From Eledone cirrhosa (Eukaryota), in the NCBI GenBank assembly GCA_964016885.1, contig OZ024743.1, forward strand, positions 93,558,001-93,622,000: DNA of 64,000 nucleotides. The letters are read 5' to 3'. Below, piece after piece: positions 9,701-24,700 of the stretch (position 1 is its first letter; the number at the start of each line of letters is the position of its first letter). The translations under genes were made by a program, and so were the position numbers. The notes beneath the pieces are model-generated. The model was not told the origin of the DNA. It ran no database searches and saw nothing but the letters and a program-made list of their open reading frames with translations.

Positions 9701-12700
9701 GGTGAGAGAGATAATAACTTATAGTATATTAATTTAGGTATATAACAGGTGAGAGAGATAATAACTTATAGTATATTAATTTAGGTATATAACAGGTGAG
9801 AGAGATAATAACTTATAGTATATTAATATAGGCTGATAACAGGAGAGAGAGATAATAACTTATAGTATATTAATTTAGGTATATAACAGGTGAGAGAGAT
9901 AATAACTTATAGTATATTAATTTAGGCTTATAACAGGTGAGAGAGATAATAACTTATAGTATATTAATTTAGGTATATAACAGGTGAGAGAGATAATAAC
10001 TTATAGTATATTAATTTAGGTATATAACAGGTGAGAGAGATAATAACTTATAGTATATTAATTTAGGTATATAACAGGTGAGAGAGATAATAACTTATAG
10101 TATATTAATTTAGGCTGATAACAGGTGAGAGAGATAATAACTTATAGTATATTAATTTAGGCTGATAACAGGTGAGAGATAATAACTTATAGTATATTAA
10201 TTTAGGCTGATAACAGGTGAGAGAGATAATAACTTATAGTATATTAATTTAGGCTGATAACAGGTGAGAGAGATAATAACTTATAATATATTAATTTAGG
10301 CTTATAACAGGTGAGAGAGATAATAACTTATAGTATATTAATTTAGGCTGATAACAGGTGAGAGAGATAATAACTTATAGTATATTAATTTAGGTATATA
10401 ACAGGTGAGGGAGATAATAACTTATAGTATATTAATTTAGGCTGATGACAGGTGAGAGAGATAATAACTTATAGTATATTAATTTAGGTATATAACAGGT
10501 GGGAGATAATAACTTATAGTATATTAATTTAGGTATATAACAGGTGAGAGAGATAATAGCTTATAGTATATTAATTTAGGCTGATAACAGGTGAGAGAGA
10601 TAATAACTTATAGTATATTAATTTAGGTATATAACAGGTGAGAGAGATGATAACTTATAGTATATTAATTTAGACTGATAACAGGTGAGAGAGATAATAA
10701 CTTATAGTATATTAATTTAGGCTAATAACAGGTGAGAGAGATAATAACTTATAGTATATTAATTTAGGCTGATAACAGGTGAGAGAGATAATAACTTATA
10801 GTATATTAATTTAGGCTGATAACAGGTGAGAGAGATAATAACTTATAGTATATTAATTTAGGCTGATAACAGGTGAGAGAGATAATAACTTATAGTATAT
10901 TAATTTAGGTTTATAACAGGTGAGGGAGATAATAACTTATAGTATATTAATTTAGACTGATAACAGGTGAGAGAGATAATAACTTATAGTATATTAATTT
11001 AGGCTGATAACAGGAGAGAGAGATAATAACTTATAGTATATTAATTTAGGTATATAACAGGTGAGAGAGATAATAACTTATAGTATATTAATTTAGGCTT
11101 ATAACAGGTGAGAGAGATAATAACTTATAGTATATTAATTTAGGTATATAACAGGTGAGAGAGATAATAACTTATAGTATATTAATTTAGGTATATAACA
11201 GGTGAGAGAGATAATAACTTATAGTATATTAATTTAGGCTGATAACAGGTGAGAGAGATAATAACTTATAGTATATTAATTTAGGCTGATAACAGGTGAG
11301 AGAGATAATAACTTATAGTATATTAATTTAGGCTGATAACAGGTGAGAGAGATAATAACTTATAGTATATTAATTTAGGCTGATAACAGGTGAGAGAGAT
11401 AATAACTTATAGTATATTAATTTAGGCTGATAACAGGTGAGAGAGATAATAACTTATAGTATATTAATTTAGGCTTAAAACAGGTGAGAGAGATAATAAC
11501 TTATAGTATATTAATTTAGGTATATAACAGGTGAGGGAGATAATAACTTATAGTATATTAATTTAGGCTGATAACAGGTGAGAGAGATAATAACTTATAG
11601 TATATTAATTTAGGTATATAACAGGTGTGGGAGATAATAACTTATAGTATATTAATTTAGGTATATAACAGGTGAGAGAGATAATAACTTATAGTATATT
11701 AATTTGGGCTGATAACAGGTGAGAGAGATAATAACTTTTAGTATATTAATTTAGGTATATAACAGGTGAGAGAAATAATAACTTATAGTATATTAATTTA
11801 GGCTGATAACAGGTGAGAGAGATAATAACTTATAGTATATTAATTTAGGCTGATAACAGGTGGGAGAGATAATAACTTATAGTATATTAATTTAGGCTGA
11901 TAACAGGTGAGAGAGATAATAACTTATAGTATATTAATTTAGGTATATAACAGGTGAGAGAGATAATAACTTATAGTATATTAATTTAGGTATATAACAG
12001 GTGAGGGAGATAATAACTTATAGTATATTAATTTAGGCTGATAACAGGTGAGAGAGATAATAACTTATAGTATATTAATTTAGGTATATAACAGGTGAGA
12101 GAGATAATAACTTATAGTATATTAATTTAGGTATATAACAGGTGAGAGAGATAATAACTTATAGTATATTAATTTAGGCTGATAACAGGAGAGAGAGATA
12201 ATAACTTATAGTATATTAATTTAGGTATATAACAGGTGAGAGAGATAATAACTTATAGTATATTAATTTAGGCTTATAACAGGTGAGAGAGATAATAACT
12301 TATAGTATATTAATTTAGGTATATAACAGGTGAGAGAGATAATAACTTATAGTATATTAATTTAGGTATATAACAGGTGAGAGAGATAATAACTTATAGT
12401 ATATTAATTTAGGCTGATAACAGGTGAGAGAGATAATAACTTATAGTATATTAATTTAGGCTGATAACAGGTGCGAGAGATAATAACTTATAGTATATTA
12501 ATTTAGGTATATAACAGGTGAGGGAGATAATAACTTATAGTATATTAATTTAGGTATATAACAGGTGAGAGAGATAATAACTTATAGTATATTAATTTAG
12601 GCTGATAACAGGTGAGAGAGATAATAACTTATAGTATATTAATTTAGGCTTATAACAGGTGAGAGAGATAATAACTTATAGTATATTAATTTAGGTATAT

Positions 12701-15700
12701 AACAGGTGAGGGAGATAATAACTTATAGTATATTAATTTAGGCTGATAACAGGTGAGAGAGATAATAACTTATAGTATATTAATTTAGGTATATAACAGG
12801 TGTGGGAGATAATAACTTATAGTATATTAATTTAGGTATATAACAGGTGAGAGAGATAATAACTTATAGTATATTAATTTAGGCTGATAACAGGTGAGAG
12901 AGATAATAACTTATAGTATATTAATTTAGGTATATAACAGGTGAGAGAAATAATAACTTATAGTATATTAATTTAGGCTGATAACAGGTGAGAGAGATAA
13001 TAACTTATAGTATATTAATTTAGGCTGATAACAGGTGAGAGAGATAATAACTTATAGTATATTAATTTAGGCTGATAACAGATGAGAGAGATAATAACTT
13101 ATAGTATATTAATTTAGGCTGATAACAGGTGAGAGAGATAATAACTTATAGTATATTAATTTAGGTATATAACAGGTGAGAGAGATAATAACTTATAGTA
13201 TATTAATTTAGGTATATAACAGGTGAGGGAGATAATAACTTATAGTATATTAATTTAGGCTGATAACAGGTGAGAGAGATAATAACTTATAGTATATTAA
13301 TTTAGGTATATAACAGGTGAGAGAGATAATAACTTATAGTATATTAATTTAGGTATATAACAGGTGAGAGAGATAATAACTTATAGTATATTAATTTAGG
13401 CTGATAACAGGAGAGAGAGATAATAACTTATAGTATATTAATTTAGGTATATAACAGGTGAGAGAGATAATAACTTATAGTATATTAATTTAGGCTTATA
13501 ACAGGTGAGAGAGATAATAACTTATAGTATATTAATTTAGGTATATAACAGGTGAGAGAGATAATAACTTATAGTATATTAATTTAGGTATATAACAGGT
13601 GAGAGAGATAATAACTTATAGTATATTAATTTAGGCTGATAACAGGTGAGAGAGATAATAACTTATAGTATATTAATTTAGGCTGATAACAGGTGCGAGA
13701 GATAATAACTTATAGTATATTAATTTAGGTATATAACAGGTGAGAGAGATAATAACTTATAGTATATTAATTTAGGCTGATAACAGGTGAGAGAGATAAT
13801 AACTTATAGTATATTAATTTAGGCTGATAACAGGTGAGAGAGATAATAACTTATAGTATATTAATTTAGGCTGATAACAGGTGAGAGAGATAATAACTTA
13901 TAGTATATTAATTTAGGCTTATAACAGGTGAGAGAGATAATAACTTATAGTATATTAATTTAGGCTGATAACAGGTGAGAGAGATAATAACTTATAGTAT
14001 ATTAATTTAGGCTGATAACAGGTGAGAGAGATAATAACTTATAGTATATTAATTTAGGTATATAACAGGTGAGGGAGATAATAACTTATAGTATATTAAT
14101 TTAGGCTGATAACAGGTGAGAGAGATAATAACTTATAGTATATTAATTTAGGTATATAACAGGTGAGAGAGATAATAACTTATAGTATATTAATTTAGGT
14201 ATATAACAGGTGAGAGAAATAATAACTTATAGTATATTAATTTAGGCTGATAACAGGTGAGAGAGATAATAACTTATAGTATATTAATTTAGGCTGATAA
14301 CAGGTGAGAGAGATAATAACTTATAGTATATTAATTTAGGTATATAACAGGTGAGAGAGATAATAACTCATAGTATATTAATTTAGGCTGATAACAGGTG
14401 AGAGAGATAATAACTTATAGTATATTAATTTAGGCTGATAACAGGTGAGAGAGATAATAACTTATAGTATATTAATTTAGGCTGATAACAGGTGGGAGAG
14501 ATAATAACTTATAGTATATTAATTTAGGCTTATAACAGGTGAGAGAGATAATAATTTATAGTATATTAATTTAGGCTTATAACAGGTGAGAGAGATAATA
14601 ACTTATAGTATATTAATTTAGGCTTATAACAGGTGAGAGAGATAATAACTTATAGTATATTAATTTAGGCTTATAACAGGTGAGAGAGATAATAACTTAT
14701 AGTATATTAATTTAGGCTTATAACAGGTGAGAGAGATAATAACTTATAGTATATTAATTTAGGTATATAACAGGTGAGAGAGATAATAACTTATAGTATA
14801 TTAATTTAGGTATATAACAGGTGAGAGAGATAATAACTTATAGTATATTAATTTAGGCTTATAACAGGTGAGAGAGATAATAACTTATAGTATATTAATT
14901 TAGGTATATAACAGGTGAGAGAGATAATAACTTATAGTATATTAATTTAGGTATATAACAGGTGAGAGAAATAATAACTTATAGTATATTAATTTAGGCT
15001 GATAACAGGTGAGAGAGATAATAACTTATAGTATATTAATTCAGGCTGATAACAGGTGAGAGAGATAATAACTTATAGTATATTAATTTAGGTTTATAAC
15101 AGGTGAGGGAGATAATAACTTATAGTATATTAATTTAGACTGATAACAGGTGAGAGAGATAATAACTTATAGTATATTAATTTAGGCTGATAACAGGTGA
15201 GAGAGATAATAACTTATAGTATATTAATTTAGGTTTATAACAGGTGAGGGATATAATAACTTATAGTATATTAATTTAGACTGATAACAGGTGAGAGAGA
15301 TAATAACTTATAGTATATTAATTTAGGTATATAACAGGTGTGGGAGATAATAACTTATAGTATATTAATTTAGGTATATAACAGGTGAGAGAGATAATAA
15401 CTTATAGTATATTAATTTAGGCTGATAACAGGTGAGAGAGATAATAACTTATAGTATATTAATTTAGGCTGATAACAGGAGAGAGAGATAATAACTTATA
15501 GTATATTAATTTAGGTATATAACAGGTGAGAGAGATAATAACTTATAGTATATTAATTTAGGCTTATAACAGGTGAGAGAGATAATAACTTATAGTATAT
15601 TAATTTAGGTATATAACAGGTGAGAGAGATAATAACTTATAGTATATTAATTTAGGTATATAACAGGTGAGAGAGATAATAACTTATAGTATATTAATTT

Positions 15701-18700
15701 AGGCTGATAACAGGTGAGAGAGATAATAACTTATAGTATATTAATTTAGGCTGATAACAGGTGAGAGAGATAATAACTTATAGTATATTAATTTAGGCTG
15801 ATAACAGGTGAGAGAGATAATAACTTATAGTATATTAATTTAGGCTGATAACAGGTGAGAGAGATAATAACTTATAGTATATTAATTTAGGCTGATAACA
15901 GGTGAGAGAGATAATAACTTATAGTATATTAATTTAGGCTTATAACAGGTGAGAGAGATAATAACTTATAGTATATTAATTTAGGTATATAACAGGTGAG
16001 GGAGATAATAACTTATAGTATATTAATTTAGGCTGATAACAGGTGAGAGAGATAATAACTTATAGTATATTAATTTAGGTATATAACAGGTGTGGGAGAT
16101 AATAACTTATAGTATATTAATTTAGGTATATAACAGGTGAGAGAGATAATAACTTATAGTATATTAATTTAGGCTGATAACAGGTGAGAGAGATAATAAC
16201 TTATAGTATATTAATTTAGGTATATAACAGGTGAGAGAGATAATAACTTATAGTATATTAATTTAGGCTGATAACATGTGAGAGAGATAATAACTTATAG
16301 TATATTAATTTAGGCTGATAACAGGAGAGAGAGATAATAACTTATAGTATATTAATTTAGGTATATAACAGGTGAGAGAGATAATAACTTATAGTATATT
16401 AATTTAGGCTTATAACAGGTGAGAGAGATAATAACTTATAGTATATTAATTTAGGTATATAACAGGTGAGAGAGATAATAACTTATAGTATATTAATTTA
16501 GGTATATAACAGGTGAGAGAGATAATAACTTATAGTATATTAATTTAGGCTGATAACAGGTGAGAGAGATAATAACTTATAGTATATTAATTTAGGCTGA
16601 TAACAGGTGAGAGAGATAATAACTTATAGTATATTAATTTAGGCTGATAACAGGTGAGAGAGATAATAACTTATAGTATATTAATTTAGGCTGATAACAG
16701 GTGAGAGAGATAATAACTTATAGTATATTAATTTAGGCTGATAACAGGTGAGAGAGATAATAACTTATAGTATATTAATTTAGGCTTATAACAGGTGAGA
16801 GAGATAATAACTTATAGTATATTAATTTAGGTATATAACAGGTGAGGGAGATAATAACTTATAGTATATTAATTTAGGCTGATAACAGGTGAGAGAGATA
16901 ATAACTTATAGTATATTAATTTAGGTATATAACAGGTGTGGGAGATAATAACTTATAGTATATTAATTTAGGTATATAACAGGTGAGAGAGATAATAACT
17001 TATAGTATATTAATTTGGGCTGATAACAGGTGAGAGAGATAATAACTTTTAGTATATTAATTTAGGTATATAACAGGTGAGAGAAATAATAACTTATAGT
17101 ATATTAATTTAGGCTGATAACAGGTGAGAGAGATAATAACTTATAGTATATTAATTTAGGCTGATAACAGGTGGGAGAGATAATAACTTATAGTATATTA
17201 ATTTAGGCTGATAACAGGTGAGAGAGATAATAACTTATAGTATATTAATTTAGGTATATAACAGGTGAGAGAGATAATAACTTATAGTATATTAATTTAG
17301 GTATATAACAGGTGAGGGAGATAATAACTTATAGTATATTAATTTAGGCTGATAACAGGTGAGAGAGATAATAACTTATAGTATATTAATTTAGGTATAT
17401 AACAGGTGAGAGAGATAATAACTTATAGTATATTAATTTAGGTATATAACAGGTGAGAGAGATAATAACTTATAGTATATTAATTTAGGCTGATAACAGG
17501 AGAGAGAGATAATAACTTATAGTATATTAATTTAGGTATATAACAGGTGAGAGAGATAATAACTTATAGTATATTAATTTAGGCTTATAACAGGTGAGAG
17601 AGATAATAACTTATAGTATATTAATTTAGGTATATAACAGGTGAGAGAGATAATAACTTATAGTATATTAATTTAGGTATATAACAGGTGAGAGAGATAA
17701 CTTATAGTATATTAATTTAGGCTGATAACAGGTGAGAGAGATAATAACTTATAGTATATTAATTTAGGCTGATAACAGGTGCGAGAGATAATAACTTATA
17801 GTATATTAATTTAGGTATATAACAGGTGAGGGAGATAATAACTTATAGTATATTAATTTAGGTATATAACAGGTGAGAGAGATAATAACTTATAGTATAT
17901 TAATTTAGGCTGATAACAGGTGAGAGAGATAATAACTTATAGTATATTAATTTAGGCTTATAACAGGTGAGAGAGATAATAACTTATAGTATATTAATTT
18001 AGGTATATAACAGGTGAGGGAGATAATAACTTATAGTATATTAATTTAGGCTGATAACAGGTGAGAGAGATAATAACTTATAGTATATTAATTTAGGTAT
18101 ATAACAGGTGTGGGAGATAATAACTTATAGTATATTAATTTAGGTATATAACAGGTGAGAGAGATAATAACTTATAGTATATTAATTTAGGCTGATAACA
18201 GGTGAGAGAGATAATAACTTATAGTATATTAATTTAGGTATATAACAGGTGAGAGAAATAATAACTTATAGTATATTAATTTAGGCTGATAACAGGTGAG
18301 AGAGATAATAACTTATAGTATATTAATTTAGGCTGATAACAGGTGAGAGAGATAATAACTTATAGTATATTAATTTAGGCTGATAACAGGTGAGAGAGAT
18401 AATAACTTATAGTATATTAATTTAGGCTGATAACAGGTGAGAGAGATAATAACTTATAGTATATTAATTTAGGTATATAACAGGTGAGAGAGATAATAAC
18501 TTATAGTATATTAATTTAGGTATATAACAGGTGAGGGAGATAATAACTTATAGTATATTAATTTAGGCTGATAACAGGTGAGAGAGATAATAACTTATAG
18601 TATATTAATTTAGGTATATAACAGGTGAGAGAGATAATAACTTATAGTATATTAATTTAGGTATATAACAGGTGAGAGAGATAATAACTTATAGTATATT

Positions 18701-21700
18701 AATTTAGGCTGATAACAGGAGAGAGAGATAATAACTTATAGTATATTAATTTAGGTATATAACAGGTGAGAGAGATAATAACTTATAGTATATTAATTTA
18801 GGCTTATAACAGGTGAGAGAGATAATAACTTATAGTATATTAATTTAGGTATATAACAGGTGAGAGAGATAATAACTTATAGTATATTAATTTAGGTATA
18901 TAACAGGTGAGAGAGATAATAACTTATAGTATATTAATTTAGGCTGATAACAGGTGAGAGAGATAATAACTTATAGTATATTAATTTAGGCTGATAACAG
19001 GTGCGAGAGATAATAACTTATAGTATATTAATTTAGGTATATAACAGGTGAGAGAGATAATAACTTATAGTATATTAATTTAGGCTGATAACAGGTGAGA
19101 GAGATAATAACTTATAGTATATTAATTTAGGCTGATAACAGGTGAGAGAGATAATAACTTATAGTATATTAATTTAGGCTGATAACAGGTGAGAGAGATA
19201 ATAACTTATAGTATATTAATTTAGGCTTATAACAGGTGAGAGAGATAATAACTTATAGTATATTAATTTAGGCTGATAACAGGTGAGAGAGATAATAACT
19301 TATAGTATATTAATTTAGGCTGATAACAGGTGAGAGAGATAATAACTTATAGTATATTAATTTAGGTATATAACAGGTGAGGGAGATAATAACTTATAGT
19401 ATATTAATTTAGGCTGATAACAGGTGAGAGAGATAATAACTTATAGTATATTAATTTAGGTATATAACAGGTGAGAGAGATAATAACTTATAGTATATTA
19501 ATTTAGGTATATAACAGGTGAGAGAAATAATAACTTATAGTATATTAATTTAGGCTGATAACAGGTGAGAGAGATAATAACTTATAGTATATTAATTTAG
19601 GCTGATAACAGGTGAGAGAGATAATAACTTATAGTATATTAATTTAGGTATATAACAGGTGAGAGAGATAATAACTCATAGTATATTAATTTAGGCTGAT
19701 AACAGGTGAGAGAGATAATAACTTATAGTATATTAATTTAGGCTGATAACAGGTGAGAGAGATAATAACTTATAGTATATTAATTTAGGCTGATAACAGG
19801 TGGGAGAGATAATAACTTATAGTATATTAATTTAGGCTGATAACAGGTGAGAGAGATAATAACTTATAATATATTAATTTAGGCTTATAACAGGTGAGAG
19901 AGATAATAACTTATAGTATATTAATTTAGGCTGATAACAGGTGAGAGAGATAATAACTAATAGTATATTAATTTAGGTATATAACAGGTGAGGGAGATAA
20001 TAACTTATAGTATATTAATTTAGGCTGATGACAGGTGAGAGAGATAATAACTTATAGTATATTAATTTAGGTATATAACAGGTGGGAGATAATAACTTAT
20101 AGTATATTAATTTAGGTATATAACAGGTGTGGGAGATAATAACTTATAGTATATTAATTTAGGTATATAACAGGTGAGAGAGATAATAACTTATAGTATA
20201 TTAATTTAGGCTGATAACAGGTGAGAGAGATAATAACTTATAGTATATTAATTTAGGTATATAACAGGTGAGAGAGATAATAACTTATAGTATATTAATT
20301 TAGGCTGATAACATGTGAGAGAGATAATAACTTATAGTATATTAATTTAGGCTGATAACAGGAGAGAGAGATAATAACTTATAGTATATTAATTTAGGTA
20401 TATAACAGGTGAGAGAGATAATAACTTATAGTATATTAATTTAGGTATATAACAGGTGAGAGAGATAATAACTCATAGTATATTAATTTAGGCTGATAAC
20501 AGGTGAGAGAGATAATAACTTATAGTATATTAATTTAGGCTGATAACAGGTGAGAGAGATAATAACTTATAGTATATTAATTTAGGCTGATAACAGGTGG
20601 GAGAGATAATAACTTATAGTATATTAATTTAGGCTTATAACAGGTGAGAGAGATAATAATTTATAGTATATTAATTTAGGCTTATAACAGGTGAGAGAGA
20701 TAATAACTTATAGTATATTAATTTAGGCTTATAACAGGTGAGAGAGATAATAACTTATAGTATATTAATTTAGGCTGATAACAGGTGAGAGAGATAATAA
20801 CTTATAGTATATTAATTTAGGCTGATAACAGGTGAGAGAGATAATAACTTATAGTATATTAATTTAGGCTGATAACAGGTGAGAGAGATAATAACTTATA
20901 GTATATTAATTTAGGCTTATAACAGGTGAGAGAGATAATAACTTATAGTATATTAATTTAGGTATATAACAGGTGAGGGAGATAATAACTTATAGTATAT
21001 TAATTTAGGCTGATAACAGGTGAGAGAGATAATAACTTATAGTATATTAATTTAGGTATATAACAGGTGTGGGAGATAATAACTTATAGTATATTAATTT
21101 AGGTATATAACAGGTGAGAGAGATAATAACTTATAGTATATTAATTTAGGCTGATAACAGGTGAGAGAGATAATAACTTATAGTATATTAATTTAGGTAT
21201 ATAACAGGTGAGAGAGATAATAACTTATAGTATATTAATTTAGGCTGATAACATGTGAGAGAGATAATAACTTATAGTATATTAATTTAGGCTGATAACA
21301 GGAGAGAGAGATAATAACTTATAGTATATTAATTTAGGTATATAACAGGTGAGAGAGATAATAACTTATAGTATATTAATTTAGGCTTATAACAGGTGAG
21401 AGAGATAATAACTTATAGTATATTAATTTAGGTATATAACAGGTGAGAGAGATAATAACTTATAGTATATTAATTTAGGTATATAACAGGTGAGAGAGAT
21501 AATAACTTATAGTATATTAATTTAGGCTGATAACAGGTGAGAGAGATAATAACTTATAGTATATTAATTTAGGCTGATAACAGGTGAGAGAGATAATAAC
21601 TTATAGTATATTAATTTAGGCTGATAACAGGTGAGAGAGATAATAACTTATAGTATATTAATTTAGGCTGATAACAGGTGAGAGAGATAATAACTTATAG

Positions 21701-24700
21701 TATATTAATTTAGGCTTATAACAGGTGAGAGAGATAATAACTTATAGTATATTAATTTAGGTATATAACAGGTGAGGGAGATAATAACTTATAGTATATT
21801 AATTTAGGCTGATAACAGGTGAGAGAGATAATAACTTATAGTATATTAATTTAGGTATATAACAGGTGTGGGAGATAATAACTTATAGTATATTAATTTA
21901 GGTATATAACAGGTGAGAGAGATAATAACTTATAGTATATTAATTTGGGCTGATAACAGGTGAGAGAGATAATAACTTTTAGTATATTAATTTAGGTATA
22001 TAACAGGTGAGAGAAATAATAACTTATAGTATATTAATTTAGGCTGATAACAGGTGAGAGAGATAATAACTTATAGTATATTAATTTAGGTATATAACAG
22101 GTGAGGGAGATAATAACTTATAGTATATTAATTTAGGCTGATGACAGGTGAGAGAGATAATAACTTATAGTATATTAATTTAGGTATATAACAGGTGGGA
22201 GATAATAACTTATAGTATATTAATTTAGGTATATAACAGGTGAGAGAGATAATAGCTTATAGTATATTAATTTAGGCTGATAACAGGTGAGAGAGATAAT
22301 AACTTATAGTATATTAATTTAGGTATATAACAGGTGAGAGAGATGATAACTTATAGTATATTAATTTAGACTGATAACAGGTGAGAGAGATAATAACTTA
22401 TAGTATATTAATTTAGGCTAATAACAGGTGAGAGAGATAATAACTTATAGTATATTAATTTAGGCTGATAACAGGTGAGAGAGATAATAACTTATAGTAT
22501 ATTAATTTAGGCTGATAACAGGTGAGAGAGATAATAACTTATAGTATATTAATTTAGGCTGATAACAGGTGAGAGAGATAATAACTTATAGTATATTAAT
22601 TTAGGTTTATAACAGGTGAGGGAGATAATAACTTATAGTATATTAATTTAGACTGATAACAGGTGAGAGAGATAATAACTTATAGTATATTAATTTAGGC
22701 TGATAACAGGAGAGAGAGATAATAACTTATAGTATATTAATTTAGGTATATAACAGGTGAGAGAGATAATAACTTATAGTATATTAATTTAGGCTTATAA
22801 CAGGTGAGAGAGATAATAACTTATAGTATATTAATTTAGGTATATAACAGGTGAGAGAGATAATAACTTATAGTATATTAATTTAGGTATATAACAGGTG
22901 AGAGAGATAATAACTTATAGTATATTAATTTAGGCTGATAACAGGTGAGAGAGATAATAACTTATAGTATATTAATTTAGGCTGATAACAGGTGAGAGAG
23001 ATAATAACTTATAGTATATTAATTTAGGCTGATAACAGGTGAGAGAGATAATAACTTATAGTATATTAATTTAGGCTGATAACAGGTGAGAGAGATAATA
23101 ACTTATAGTATATTAATTTAGGCTGATAACAGGTGAGAGAGATAATAACTTATAGTATATTAATTTAGGCTTATAACAGGTGAGAGAGATAATAACTTAT
23201 AGTATATTAATTTAGGTATATAACAGGTGAGGGAGATAATAACTTATAGTATATTAATTTAGGCTGATAACAGGTGAGAGAGATAATAACTTATAGTATA
23301 TTAATTTAGGTATATAACAGGTGTGGGAGATAATAACTTATAGTATATTAATTTAGGTATATAACAGGTGAGAGAGATAATAACTTATAGTATATTAATT
23401 TGGGCTGATAACAGGTGAGAGAGATAATAACTTTTAGTATATTAATTTAGGTATATAACAGGTGAGAGAAATAATAACTTATAGTATATTAATTTAGGCT
23501 GATAACAGGTGAGAGAGATAATAACTTATAGTATATTAATTTAGGCTGATAACAGGTGGGAGAGATAATAACTTATAGTATATTAATTTAGGCTGATAAC
23601 AGGTGAGAGAGATAATAACTTATAGTATATTAATTTAGGTATATAACAGGTGAGAGAGATAATAACTTATAGTATATTAATTTAGGTATATAACAGGTGA
23701 GGGAGATAATAACTTATAGTATATTAATTTAGGCTGATAACAGGTGAGAGAGATAATAACTTATAGTATATTAATTTAGGTATATAACAGGTGAGAGAGA
23801 TAATAACTTATAGTATATTAATTTAGGTATATAACAGGTGAGAGAGATAATAACTTATAGTATATTAATTTAGGCTGATAACAGGAGAGAGAGATAATAA
23901 CTTATAGTATATTAATTTAGGTATATAACAGGTGAGAGAGATAATAACTTATAGTATATTAATTTAGGCTTATAACAGGTGAGAGAGATAATAACTTATA
24001 GTATATTAATTTAGGTATATAACAGGTGAGAGAGATAATAACTTATAGTATATTAATTTAGGTATATAACAGGTGAGAGAGATAATAACTTATAGTATAT
24101 TAATTTAGGCTGATAACAGGTGAGAGAGATAATAACTTATAGTATATTAATTTAGGCTGATAACAGGTGCGAGAGATAATAACTTATAGTATATTAATTT
24201 AGGTATATAACAGGTGAGGGAGATAATAACTTATAGTATATTAATTTAGGTATATAACAGGTGAGAGAGATAATAACTTATAGTATATTAATTTGGGCTG
24301 ATAACAGGTGAGAGAGATAATAACTTTTAGTATATTAATTTAGGTATATAACAGGTGAGAGAAATAATAACTTATAGTATATTAATTTAGGCTGATAACA
24401 GGTGAGAGAGATAATAACTTATAGTATATTAATTTAGGTATATAACAGGTGAGGGAGATAATAACTTATAGTATATTAATTTAGGCTGATGACAGGTGAG
24501 AGAGATAATAACTTATAGTATATTAATTTAGGTATATAACAGGTGGGAGATAATAACTTATAGTATATTAATTTAGGTATATAACAGGTGAGAGAGATAA
24601 TAGCTTATAGTATATTAATTTAGGCTGATAACAGGTGAGAGAGATAATAACTTATAGTATATTAATTTAGGTATATAACAGGTGAGAGAGATGATAACTT

